NCBI GenBank assembly: GCA_036630325.1 | Contig: CP142731.1 | Coordinates: 1 to 64,000, forward strand | Length of the DNA stretch: 64,000 nt | Direction: 5' to 3' | From: Vairimorpha necatrix | Lineage: Eukaryota | In this document: in pieces, positions 24,791 to 38,900 of the stretch | How the letters are laid out: the number at the start of each line of letters is the position of its first letter | How positions within the stretch are numbered: the first letter of the stretch is position 1 | The notes under the pieces: model-generated | What the model saw: only the letters and a program-made list of their open reading frames with translations | The model's database searches: none | What the model was told of the DNA's origin: nothing | Translations under genes and position numbers: made by a program

Positions 24791-27054
24791 TGTAGCATGA
24801 TCATTTGGATGTTATTTCGACATAACATAATTTTATGTTTATGACAATTCTTATTCAAGCTTATTTTTTTTTAGAAAATCTCATTAAATTATGCAAAAAA
24901 TTATACAATTTTTTAATATAATTACATGATTTTATAAGATCTTATTTATTTGAACTATGTCAATTTCTTTATTCATTTTTACATGCCCTCTTTAAGAATT
25001 TTTCTTAATACTTTTTGTAGCCAATTAAATCTGCCAATTTGTGAGAATATGATTGATCAGTATTTGATTGGCTACGATAATATCTACATTTTTGTATAAA
25101 AATTATAATTTTTAGATAATTTCAATGCTAAATTCATACATACGTACTTATGAGATTTTGCTATTATTCTTAATACAAATTGTGTTTATTCTCAATACAT
25201 TTATATAATCGCTCTCTCGTATTAAATAAATAAAATATAAAATCTTCATGATATTTAATTTCGTTTTATATTATATTATATTAAAGTGTTGTATTTTAAT
25301 ACAGTATTGTTCTCCAATGGGGTATTGGTTGTTTTTTATCCACAATTATATTCGTTCTAATGTACCTCGATGTATTCCAATAATAAGAATTCATCATTAA
25401 ATACAAAAAAATTTTGTTATTGATTTATACACATATTATATTCTGATTTTTAATTCAAAATCTATTTATTCTATGTGTTGATACTGGCAATAATTATATA
25501 ATTGAATGTTTTAATTACACAAAAATACTTATATATTATTTGTTACCATATAGAAAGTTCTATTATTTCAATACAATTATTTTTACTGCACTAATATTTA
25601 TGTATATTTTTCTTGATTTTTAAGTTTTTTATTTTGTACTTTCATATATATATATATATATATATATATGCAGATAGATACCCTTTAAAAAAAATTAAAT
25701 CATGTATATAATAAAGGTTTTAATTAGAATAAAAAAAAACTTCACAATCTACTTACATATATACATATGTTATTTTTACTAGTTTTTATGAGATGTCAAA
25801 ATCTTCTTTTTTCGTGTTCATTATCTCTCTCATGTACAAATGTACATAGATACTTTCTATTAGCCAAAAAAATTAGAAATATTGCTGATACTTAAAGACC
25901 TGTAAAATATATTTAGATGTAATTGTAATTAAAATATAGATTGTTTCTGAGAGTTTTTAAAATATTTAATCATTATTTAAAAATTTTTACCAATTAGTAT
26001 ACATTTATTAATTTTATTCTTATGTTAGAATGTTAAATCGTAAAACGCCCACGGTTACACTAGAAACTTTTAGAATCATTCTGTTTTAAAATCTTCATAA
26101 TAAAGACATACTTTGATTTACTTAAAGAAAAGATAAATCATTCAAACATATAAGTACGCATATATATATATACACAGATTCCTAGTTATCACATAGATCG
26201 CACAATTATATGCATTTTCAGATGTTCTTATTTTTTTTTTTTATATTTTTCAAGATTTGTCTTCTTATATATATATATATGCAAGAAAGAGATGGAAAAT
26301 GGCAAATTTTATAAATGCTTTAAAAACAAATAAAGACACACAAATTATACTTATATATCAATAATATATATATATATATATATAAATATATATATATAGA
26401 TATGTAGTCTTAGATGTTCTAAATTTTACTACATTGTTATTTCCTTCTTATATGTTTACAAAGTTATAGTTACTTATCTATAAAAAACATTCGAAATTAT
26501 TTTATTCTTAAAAATATCATCAAGAAAACCAATACTTCTAACTTAACATACATATACTATAAATGTTAATTTTTTTTGTTTAGAAGTAAAGTTTTTTTTC
26601 TTCTTCTTTTAAGTTCATTATCCTTCTTATATATACATATACATCTTTACAATTGATTTTTTAAAAGAGGATAAGTTCTGTTTTTCTTAGTACCTCAATG
26701 ATTTGAATATATTTAACAAATATTTCGATACAATATGTTTCTGTTTGTTGTTAAAATACGTTATGTTAGGGCTTTTTTATTATTTTAGCATTTTAGTGTA
26801 TATAGTATATTATTGTTTTATAATTACAATTTAAAAGGTTGAATTTCTACATTTACACTATTAAAATTTATGGTTAATTCTTTGACACAACTTCTTCATA
26901 CATCGGTCATCTAAAAACTTAAAGAGCCTAACAAACCATAATAGATGATCTATATATACAAAAATATAAAGTAATAAAATAACTTGCATTGCTTTGTTTT
27001 GCAGACTTTGATTGTTTCTTAAGTTAAGAATTGGTCTTTTTCTACATGAAAAAT

Positions 27055-27078
27055 ACCTAACCTACCTACATACCTAAC
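27055..27078. repeat. Short interstitial telomere-like sequence
   Basis: ACCTAACCTACCTACATACCTAAC contains both unit types, in the same orientation as the terminal array. Confidence 0.55.
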
Positions 27079-29232
27079 AAAAGCTAAATTAGCCGTATCT
27101 TTTCCTTAATGCATTCTCGTTTGGGTTTTAAAAAAATTCAAAATAAATTTGTGCTGAAATACGTACTTATATTATAAACAATTTGGTATTTAAAGTATCG
27201 TCTAAAATTCGATCAAAACTATAATTTTTAACATTTCTATAGGTAAGATTTGGTGTTTAATGCATAAAAATAAAAAAAATACCTTTCATCATATGATTGT
27301 ATTTATTAATAATGTTATTATATCATTCATTGCACTATAATTTTATTTTAGAAGTGTCTATCGGAGAGTTTTAATCTAATTCTTTTATAAAAAATATTTG
27401 AATTATAACAAAATAATGTATATTTTAAGTATATATGCAATAGACCAAGCTAAATTTTGTACTAAGTCATCTATACAGAACAGAATTATAAAAGAATCTT
27501 AAAAAGTTCTACATTACTATCCTTCGATAAAAAAACTTTAATAAGTATTAGTTCGGTAAGGCAACACGCAAATAAAATAGAATTTTTTGGGATTCAATTG
27601 TAAGATTTGTTAGGAACTCCCAGTATACGATTTTAAGGGATTCAGATATAACATGTGTAAAATATTAAATCTATTAATATATAAATGTAAATTATATCGA
27701 CATATCATATTAATTTATTATATTTTTTGAGTTTTATAGTCGTAACGTATTGTATTATTATATTTTTAAATAAATGTATAGTTTTATTTTTCCGTTAAAC
27801 ACAATGATTTTTAATACATAATTTTTGTTAATTTCTATAACCTGTATCTATCAAATCAATCGTCATTTTGATAATTCAAATTCTTAACAAATAAATTTCA
27901 TTATAATAGATAGCAAAATTTGAGATTTTTAATATTTTGATTCTTTGTATATGCACGCAATGAAAAAAGAAGGTAAGATGTATATAAATGTAAATTGTAT
28001 TGTCTCTTTGTTTTTTTTAGAAATTTTGTGGATAACAAAAATAATTTGTAAAATGAATTTTATAGTATTAATATTGCATTTTATTTTAAATTTTGCTGGA
28101 TACATTAAATTATCTAATAAAAAGTAGATATCTTAAATATTTTTCTATAGCAATCATTTACTTATCTAAACATTTAACCAACTCTCAAAACATTACCTAC
28201 GTAGGATCTTTTTTTGTTCTTGAATATCTTCTTAACAAATATTAACAATTTTAATAAAATGTATATTACACATACTAAAGATAAATTTAATGCACTTCCT
28301 TGTTATCTAGATTACTCTATCTTTTAATCAAATATTGTATTTATCTATCTTTAAATTAATCTTGAATTCATATATCTTTAATACAAGGTTTATGGTCACT
28401 ATACAATATTCATCAATAATTTAGTCCATTACAAATTTTCAATAAACATCTATATATAAATATCTAATATTTTATTAAAAGATTGCTGCTTTTAGTTCTG
28501 TATTTTTTAACCAAATATTTTCGTAAAAAATACCACTACATGTATGGCTTAAGCCTATTGTATTTGCGATTTTGGATTTTTTTGATTCATATTTGGCTCT
28601 AGAATTTGCTGAACCTAAATCAGGGGGTCGTAAAGCCGTGAATACAGTTATATAATTGATAGGATTTTGGAAAGCCTAGGATGTGTCAGTCCTCATAGTA
28701 CAAAAAAATGTTTCGGTCATTAAAGAGGGAGATAAATGTAGAGATTAGAATTTTAATTGAACTTTAGTATAAGGTTTGTTAAATATGATCGAATTGTTAC
28801 AAAAATACAATCCATTACATCTAATTAAATTTGTTAAATCTTTAAACTTACATTTCTAATATTTTTCTTGACATCATAATTAAGAAAATAAATTTCTTTT
28901 CTGAGTAACAATTTATTTTTGTTTTGTGTTGATATTAAATTTATAAAAAATGAAATGTATTTTTTATTATAGATTTTCTTGTTTTATATATAATTTATAG
29001 AATTATAATGGGTTTATATAATATTTTATAAATTTGAATCAAATAAATTTAATATAATATAAAAGAGGGGGTTTGTAATTTACATTTAGTAGCTAATTCA
29101 TTTTTTGGATAAAAAATATGCACAAGAAGGCGAATAAAGATTAATAGTGATAATAATTCAGAAATAGTTGTGTGAATGTGATATTTATAGAAAATTATTT
29201 AAACAAAAAAAATAACATAATTTAAGGCTTAT

Positions 29233-29958
29233 TGTTAAAGATAAATGTATGTGAAGGGTTAATTTATAAAATATATATTCTCAACATCCCGCGCTGAATT
29301 TACAACTAAGTATTTTATATATTTGTACTTTTAACTCGCTCACTACTTGGCTCTCATAATAATAGTGCAATTTTATCTTAACAGACCATGGGCTGCTTTA
29401 TTCTTTTGCATCTTAATATCTTCTCTTGTTTTGGTCTTTACAGTTCTTTCTTTCCCTGTTGAAATAAATTTCCTCGATAAGCATGAAAAAAAATTTTAAC
29501 ATGTCTTCTTAACATTAAAACCATGATTTTATCTATCTATTTCATTATTCAACTATAACACTGTTTTTTTTTTGATTTTCTTCTCTTTTTAAATCTCTCT
29601 GGATTTCGAATACTGGTGGTTCAGCTATCTTCCCACGATAGCTTTAATATTAATGGTGATTACCACTACACTCAATATCGACAACTTTTATGTCAGATAT
29701 TACAAGATCAAAACTGTTTCAAATAGCAATCCATAGCTACTCTAAGTCTTCACATATGCAAGACATCACCTTCTCTTCTGTTAGACATCCAACACCCCAA
29801 TCTGTCATATACTGCATTTTTTTTACGTCTCATGCCTCGGCGGAACTTACAACCTTTTCTTTTGTTTATGTTTGGGTTCGATCATTTTTTTTATTGTCCA
29901 CCATGTTAAAGAAAATTGTAAGTTAAGGGTTAAATTTTTTAAATATATATTCTCAACA
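29233..29958 (-). mobile_element. Non-autonomous miniature LTR element (TRIM-like) with 54-55-bp LTRs
   Basis: Direct repeats at 29233-29286 and 29904-29958 (TGTT...AACA). PBS TGGTGGAC abuts the 5' LTR and a degenerate PPT (GCGCGGGA) abuts the 3' LTR. About 620 bp of decayed interior. No TSD. Confidence 0.8.
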
Positions 29959-32900
29959 AAAAAAATGATAAAATTATTAATATTAGCAGTTCAAAAAAAA
30001 ATAGTAATATCTATAAGCGATGTTAGTTATCACTAGATTAATAAAAGTACAAATTTGTATGTTTAAATGATTTCATTTATCGTATTATTATTGTATAAGT
30101 TTATTTTTTAAATTCATTCTGCAGTCATAATGTCTTATCTTAAAAAACATTAAAATCATATATTTAAATGACAGATGTTCTGGACGAATTAGATTATCCT
30201 CTTGACATCTTTAGCATAATAATTCCAAAACAATGGGTTTGAATTAAATATGAATACATTTGAATTTACGAATATGTGCATTAATAAAAAGAAGACTTTA
30301 AAAACGCATTTTTATATAAAGCAAACATATAAAATCAAGAAATGTAATATAAAAATAAACATTATTTGTTCTATATTATTATTAGATATGTATAATATAT
30401 TTTTCTATTAATTTTCAAATTTGATCTCATATGATTTTTAGATTTCCTATAGTATTTAAGGCATTTACTTTATTATTTCTTTATGTTTTTAATTAAACTT
30501 TAAATGTGTACAAGAACAGCTATTTCGATTTTACGCATGTTTTACTTATCATATATATGATGTAAAATTTTTCATCGTTGGTCTTGCTATTTTGGTTAAA
30601 AACAATATAAGTAATATTTTTTAACGTCAAAACAATTGTACTCATTTTGATTTTACTTAATTAACTTATTTTTCATAGATAAATCTTTTTATCGTATATA
30701 TATTGTTTACATAACTCATATATATTTTAAACAAAAAAATTCTGTGCACTTTGCAGACTTTTGATCAGAAAAAAGAAAATACATACGGACCAACAAACAC
30801 GAAAATACAAAAAAAAAAAGGTTTCTCATAAAGATATACTTTTTAAAGCCAATTTACAGAGGAAACAAAATTTCATTACAAAGTTCTAGTAAAATTATTA
30901 TATACTATTACTATTATGATCGTTCATATTTGTTTTTTATAAAAAGCCTTTTTTGATAATCTTTATATACTTTTTTTTTCCGTAAATGAAGATAATATAA
31001 ACCACAATTTTTAATATTTAAATGTCTTTCAGTTTATACTTTTCTTTTCATGTTGCTTTAAGATAAATACAAAAGTTTAAATATTGTGAATTTGAAAAAT
31101 ATTAAACTGTATATAATGGAGCTGGTAGTTTTTGAGCTACAACGACAATTTTAAGACAAGTTTTTGTAACAAAAGAAATAATTTAATATATATTTTTTTT
31201 GTATTTATATTAATTTCTATTTTATTTTTTTAACAATTCCTTTTGTATATAATATTTCGATTTTTTTAAATTTACTTCTTCCCTTTTTTTATTCAAAAAA
31301 AATTAATTACTTCAATATAACTTGACGAAATCAAATATTTGAATGAATATATTGTAATCTTTAAACATCACAAATTACTTATTCGATAACATTATCTTTA
31401 TCTATTCTTTGTCCATACAAGAACTTTTGAATGCTTTATTGTCTATGAGGATTTATTTTCATTGTTAAAAATTTCTAGATAAAAAAAATTCATTTTCGTT
31501 TGAATATCATATTGTTTTGTTACTAATAAATTTTTTCTCTGTTTATAAATTCTTTTTTATTTGTGTTATTAAATTTATTCAATCTTACACCACTCGTAAA
31601 GGTAATATAATCTAATACATTTAATTAGGTAATACCTAACTTTTAAACATATTGTACCATAATTTGAATATTTAAATCATAATTATACAGCGTAATTTTT
31701 AATATCTTTTATCAACTTTAATCAGAAAATTTGATTTTTATTCATGCATATTTATATTGATGTATTATATGACTTAATGAAGATATATTTGCCATATAAT
31801 AATTTGATTTGCAAGATTTTAAAGAATTTCTAGCTTCTAGTAATTTGTTTATCTGAATATGAATTTAAGTTAAATAAATTTACCATAGATATTTGAAACA
31901 ATTTATCTTATGTTTTTTTATGTGCTGTAGTATGTGTATAATATATACGAGTCGACTCGTATGCATATTCTTTTCGTTGATTTAGTATCAAATAATATTA
32001 AATCTTTTATTCGGTCAATTTTTTAGTGTGATATCTATAACGACTATCTGATGTGTCCGAATTCTCTTTATCATTGTTGCTAGATATAAGTTATGTTTTA
32101 TAATACTCGATATTATTTTATTGCATAGGCTTCTTTTAAAATCTAAAATAGTTCAGACTAATGTACTCAAGTTTACATTATGAATAGTCGATTCTAATAA
32201 GTATAAACCAATTCGTATTGTGAATGTGCTCTTATATGTTTTAAAGTTTATATTTCAAAATCATTCTATATTTGAAACTTTATATTATACTGCATACTAT
32301 ATTATTCAAAAAAAACGGCTACTATCAACATTATACTTGGTCTTCTAATTGGTACTTATATAGATTTATTATTATAGTTAATTTACTATACTTTTAAAAT
32401 CTATTTTTGATATTTATTTAATAATGCGACATATTAATTATTTATTTTTAAATTTTTATTTTTTTATTTTTTATGATAAAATTAGTATTTTAATCTATTT
32501 ATTTTCTAGGTTTTCTGTCTTTTTTATATTGACAATACATATTGTAAATATTTGATTATAATTTTACTTTGAAGTGTATAAAATGTTCATTGTTTAGGGT
32601 AAAAGTCATATGAGCATTGTTATTCTATAACTTTGTGTTTATATATATATGAGATAATCATATTTTATCATATGAAATATATAATTGAAATGAAAAAGAA
32701 TTAGTAGTACCTTAAGTTGAGAAAAAAATAAATAATAAGTTGTTCAGTAAAACATGTGTTTTAAATCTGAAAATTTATAATAAACAATGTTTGTATGTAA
32801 AATATTTCTTGACTTAGAAATTCTAAGTATATGTTTTAAAAAAAATAAATATAACGAAAAAATTTTTTTATATGAAATGTAGTAATATATTCATTGTGTT

Positions 32901-33129
32901 TCTAAAGTTTCAACTTTTAAAATTTTATTTAATTTCTGATACATTAATTTCTTAAATAACAAAAGAAATTAATTGAGAAGTATATTTATATAAATTTTCC
33001 TGAATCAAAATAAAAAAATAACAACTTAAAGGTTTTTCTAGAAAAATCCCAACGTATTTCAAATTAATTTGTAAGAAAGTTTTTTTTTATAGAAAGAAAA
33101 TATGCATAATAAAATTAATTTGTGTATGC

Positions 33130-33245
33130 TAGTGTTGTTTATACTTCTAATTAAACAAGAATATGATTTGAGTTGGCGTCTTCTGCTTGTAGGAAGCATC
33201 CGCTCTATGGTCCTTTCAACATCAGCTTCGTATCCTCGAATTAGT
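33130..33245. repeat. Dispersed repeat, copy 3 of 3
   Basis: GCGTCTTCTGCTTGTAGGAAGCATC...GGTCCTTTCAACATCAGCTTCG matches ~24716 and ~14420. Confidence 0.6.
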
Positions 33246-35352
33246 AATTTCAGAGATACGCATTCTTATATCTTCTTTAGCTTGATCGTCTAGATATAAG
33301 CTTGTACTGTCTTAGGGATTCTAAGTCACTTTTAAAAGATTTGTAAAACTTAGTCACTATACCGTCGCAGGTGATTATGTAGAGAATTATTTCTGTTTTA
33401 AAACCATACTAAGCACAGTTCGTTTGTAAGACATCGTATTTCTATACTTATCGGTTTAAAGGAGATATTAAATATATATATAAATTATATTTTTAAAACA
33501 AGAAAATATAATTTAAGTATTTTTATGTCTGCGATAATAAGAAAAATTATCTGATTTTTCCTTTTCTCGTTTAAAATTTTTTTCATACAGTTAAAAAGCT
33601 GGATGTTGTTTGTTTAATTATGCGTTGTGTCAATATATTATGTTTAGGCTAATTTAGATAGATAAAATATATAGTGTAGTGAAAAACTCAAAAATTTTCA
33701 TGCAATATTTATAAAAAAGCTTTTACCTCAGTACTATTATTATAAATGATGCACTTATTTTCTAATATTCATTAGAAATACAGAAATTTATAAAACCATT
33801 TGTACAAGCGTGGTAGGTGTAATTTAAAAGTAACTAAAAAAAAGCCTTAAGCAAGTCTTAAGACAATACAACAAAGTTATTCCGATGTATGACAAGTTAT
33901 ATATAGCAAATAAAACACGATTCATATATTGATATAATTTATTATATCATTTTTTTTAAATTCAATCAAAAACACATTAAAATCTTTGTTTTCATTATTT
34001 AATTATTATGAAAACGAGTTATGACATGGGCTGTTTTCGTTAGTGTCGAAATTAGAGTTAACAATACTTATAAAGTTAACGAAAACATAGTATATTAGAT
34101 TTTACTATATATATATGACGTTCTTATAAACACTTTGATTTTTATAATATAAACATGTTTTGAAATAAAGTAGCTTTAATATCATTTTTTTGTAATTACG
34201 GATTATACGGATTTAAGATTCAATCTTTACTTTATATGTTCATGATTTGTTATATTAAATTTATCTGTGCATTACAATGGCTTTTTTGGTAGATTCGAAA
34301 TTGACCTAAATTTAAGCATAATTTTTCTGTTTTGATACAAATACTAGGTCTTTTCTGTAAAAAAAACCTTCAAATAGTAATAGAATCACAAAGATTATGT
34401 ACTTTTTCTTATTTTAAAATTATATAATAATATTTGCTATCTCTGATATTCAAATAATTTAGCCTACACAAATATATAAATAGCCGTCCAAACCTATACT
34501 TCTTAATTGTATCTATATACTGAATCAAATTTCACATAGAAACATAATAGTAAAACAAATTTGGAGAAATCCTTGTGCAATATTATAAATATAATTTCAA
34601 ACAATCATTGTATTATAAACAAACTATTAAGTTAACATAATTTTAAAAATTTGATCTATATATATTTTTATCATTCTAAGAGGAGTCTGACAAATTTTCT
34701 AAATTACGGCTTTTTAAGAATTTTATGTGGCTACGTGTTTTTTATTTTGTTGTATTAAAGGCAATTTACATTATCATCAGTTACAGTAACTATCAGTCGT
34801 TTCAATGTTTACGGAATTACAATTTATACAATTAAAATTTTGTTTTCAAATTTGAATAGAGCTAAAAATAGTAAATAAAGATTATATTATTAATACTATG
34901 TTAATTATTAATCAACTTACGTGACAAGTCATTTTTTTTCATATCTGTGTCTAATACATTATATATTTTATTAATATTGCAATAAAACACATGTATATTA
35001 ATTCTTAAAGTTTTTTTTTTAATCTTTACCCTTTATTTCTAGTTAAATATAAGAAGAGAAATACAAGGCTTTGTGAAAATTAAAAAGAAATATGTAAATT
35101 TATATGGTTTATAGTGTTCGATTTAATATAACAGTAAAAATTTGATTATATAAAAACTTTTATTTTCTTACAAATGAAAATTTATTTTGACAGCACAATT
35201 GATATTTAGTAAATATTTAATTAAAATCATTTGCAGTAGATATAATTAAAGTCCAAAGTGCTTGAAAAATTTCCATAATTTTAGAATGTTGATATGTAAG
35301 AAAATAAAACGTAATTTATATGCTAAAATTCATATAATATTTATGGAGCTAT

Positions 35353-36311
35353 GGCAGTCTGGTGGCCAAAAATCCCTTAAAAGGAATTTTTAAAAAAATC
35401 ACCCCAAAAATGAAAAGTCAAGAGGAAAAACTTTTTGAAATTTTTAAAATATATTGAAAAAACAAGCAAATCATGTATAAAATGTGGTTCTATAAGTAAA
35501 AAATATTATGAAAATGTTATTTTTCGATGTACTTGGTCTAAATGTAGAAGTAAATGGTCTTTATTAAAAAACACTCCATTCTACAATAACAAGCTTGGAA
35601 TTAATACTATGTTATTAATTATTAAATCATGGTCTGTTAATGTAAAGTATAAAGCTATTGCGGAATTTCTTGAAATTACCATTAAAAGTGTAATAAAAAT
35701 CATTTCTTTAACAGTAAATTCCATCGAAAATTCTGTTTACGTTGAAACAGGTATAAATGGAGGACCTGGGATTGTTGTGGAAATAGATGAAAGTAAGTTT
35801 GGTAAATTAAAATACCATAGAGGCCATGGGTAGAAGGAGTTTGGATTTTCGGAATGGTAGAAAGAACACCTCAAAGGAAAATTGTGTTTGTTCCTGTTGA
35901 TAATAGAAGAGCAACTACACTAGAAGAACTTTTAAAAAAAATATGTTCACCCAGAATCTATCATACATAGTGATTGCTTCTCTTCATATTCTAGGTTGTG
36001 TTCAATTTTTCAACAACATAAGACGGTTAATCATTCAAAAGAATTTGTTAATAAAAATAAATATGCCATACTAATACTATCGAAGGTAATTGGAGCGCTG
36101 TTAAAAGTGAAACTTCCATAAGGCATAGAACAAAAAAATTAATAAAGAGTTCTTTGTTAAGATTTATGCTTAGAAGAAATTTTGAAGGGAATTTGTTTGA
36201 TAAAATTATTAAAATGATTTTTAAGTTTTTATTTTTTTCATCTTGACTTTTCATTTTTGGGGTGATTTTTTTAAAAATTCCTTTTAAGGGATTTTTGGCC
36301 ACCAGATTGCC
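35353..36311 (+). mobile_element. Merlin (ISXO2/IS1595-like) DNA transposon with frameshifted transposase
   Basis: Near-perfect ~75-bp TIRs (GGCAGTCTGGTGGCCAAAAATCCC...). Motifs CIKC...CTWSKC, GGPGIVVEIDESKFGKLKYHRGH, WIFGMVER, IHSDCFSSY, HKTVNHS and HTNTIEGNW lie across several frameshifts. No clear TSD. Confidence 0.93.
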
Positions 36312-38739
36312 CTTTAACCAATATTTATAGACATAAAAAAATAAATATTTCAACATCTTTAAATGATTTGTATTTTATAAAATATTTTACAGCTGAAATT
36401 ATTCGTTTTAAATATAAAAACGATTAGACATAATTATTTATTTCATATTTGTTTGTTTTTATTTTACTTTTCAAGCAAAGATATATATTTTTGGTTAAAT
36501 TTACAATAAAAAATTATATATTGTTAGAATAAAATTTAAAAGTAATAGACAAGATGTTTTTTGATACTTTAACTACAAGATTATCAATTTTGTTAATAAA
36601 TGGTTATTTTATATACGTTTTATATTGATGAAGGAATTTTTATGCATTCCATATCTATAATTATTATAATAGTATTAAAATGTTTTTTACACATTTCAGG
36701 ATTTATACGTGAATTTCCATTTGTTTATTTATGGCAATAAATAAGAGCCCTTATAATATCGTGAGATCACACATAGAAATAAGTTAGAAAAATAGATAAA
36801 TAATAGGAAAGTATATAATAAGTATTAAAATATTAAATAGGATTTTTTTATAAATTTTAAATATATAAGACCTTTTGTTTGCTTGTATGTGTGTTTAATG
36901 ATCAAGCAATTAAGTTTTTCTAATATTTTGAAAGATTTTAACGTAAGACTAAGAATTTTACGTAATCAATTAGATAAATTTATTAATGACCTATTAATTA
37001 TAGAAACACTGAACTTACTCTTTTTAAGAATCTTGTATAGTTGTTTATAATAATATGCACAATTTTACAAATTTGTAATTTTATTAATCAAAAAATATAT
37101 GGTAGAACATAAGAAAGAAATAATATATATTTCGGCATATTTGTATTGACTTTGAGCATTTTTAAGAAAGTGTTATGATATACAATATGAGCGTTTGAAT
37201 TTTGATTACGATTAAGTCCTGCTTAAATTAATCAATAGATAAATAATTATACACATACCAATATAAATTAGGGAGTATATTTATAAAAGACTACTCATAA
37301 TGTAAAATATGTACTGGCATAAGGGTTGGTATGTATGATTGCTAAATTAAATTTTGATGATTAACAAAAGATATTTAAATTTGTTAGTATACTATTTTTT
37401 CGAGACATTAGATCATTTATTTCTCAATATAGTAAAATATACTGTTAAAAGATTGTGCAATATGATATTTAAGCGTTTCATACTTTTGTAAGTATTGACG
37501 ATCATTAAGATGAATAATTTCCTCTATAATTCAGATGTTTAATAAATTTAATTAATGAATTAGTTTGAAGAAAACATTGTTTTGTTAATACAAATGCAAA
37601 AATAATGAACAGATTAAAAATTTATTAACAGTGAAATTATAAATATAAAAAATGTCTTATATTTTTTTTGAATCCGAACAATGTGTTGTTCGCTATTGTA
37701 AAGTTTAATTTGGTAATTTTTAATATTGTATGATTGATGAAAAAATTTGTCTTATCTTAACTACTTGAACTCTATGATTATTTACTAATACTTCAAAATA
37801 TTTTTAAAGCGTATAGGTTGTCATCGTTAAATCTTTTATTCACTTTGTAACTCACTTTGTAACATCTGCTTGGAAGATGGTACTTGAAAAAGTATTTAGT
37901 GTATCAAATCCTCTTATTATATGTAATAGTATGGTCATCTCTATTAAGTTAAACACAAAACACATCATGGTAAGCGCAATTTGTTAATTTTTTCTATTTA
38001 AGAATCGTTCTTATATATTAAAACTTCTATCATTTACATTTGCTTTTTAAAATCTTATAATTAAAAATTTTGACTTATAATATCGTTACACATTATATAA
38101 TATAATTAAATGATTCTACAAACAATTTATACGCATGTCAGATATTAGATTTACAACAAACTCAAGTGGTTAATAGCTTTTTGGTCGTATATATGTAATT
38201 AATAAATAAAATTACGAAAGCAATTCATCTTTCCATATTATATAATTCTATAAATTTCTTTATGACTAATTATAATATACTCAGCTATATGTAATACGCT
38301 ATTAATATTGATTAAAATTAAATATTATATATCTGGAAATTACGAATGTACTAGAACCTAGGCTTTTAAAAATATTGTATGTACAAAAATTATTTAATTT
38401 GTAAAAAAGAAATTTTCGATTTCTAATTAATTTGACTTCGAAAAGTTTTGCACTAGAATTCATTAAGTGTTTCTATAATATAAAAGCATCACAACAAAAA
38501 AAAAATTATTTTAAATAAAAGTGAAGTCATATTCTGTTTAAGATACTTTTTTCTGATTAACTTTTTTTATTAGATTAATTGAAGATTTTATAAGCATCGA
38601 TTAATAGCTATCATTTTTTATTACCATATTAATATATATCATTTTAAAATATAATATATTTTTATTTTTCCTATTATTTAATCAAAGCAGTATGATCAAA
38701 TTGTTTATAATATCATATTACTGATTACCTTCACAAAAT

Positions 38740-38900
38740 GCACTCAAAATCTCTTCATCTGTTCCCGAGATGGTTTCTAAAATTCTCTTATTGGGCTTAA
38801 AACACTCTTTCCTGCTCAGTATCTGCCCATGTCCGATTGAAAATTAAATTTTTCGAAGTCTTTAAGGACTCTCATCTTTATATATGCTTTTGTCAAATCA
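38740..38900 (-). mobile_element. Decayed 3' fragment of an RLE-type non-LTR retrotransposon
   Basis: Nucleotide similarity to 41650-41730. Minus-strand KAYIKMRVLK vs EAYIQSRVLK. Confidence 0.5.

Noticed and set aside
28535-28702. GC-richer island, possibly a small TE or ncRNA
   Set aside because: No second copy, termini or structure could be supported by eye.
23435-34045. Possible extra Helitron 3' ends at ~23435-23460, ~26040-26063 and ~34015-34044
   Set aside because: The hairpins are imperfect, CTAG is intact in only one, and no matching bodies or 5' ends were identified.
36048-36356. 102-aa minus-strand ORF as a host gene
   Set aside because: It is antisense to the Merlin transposase and runs through its TIR.
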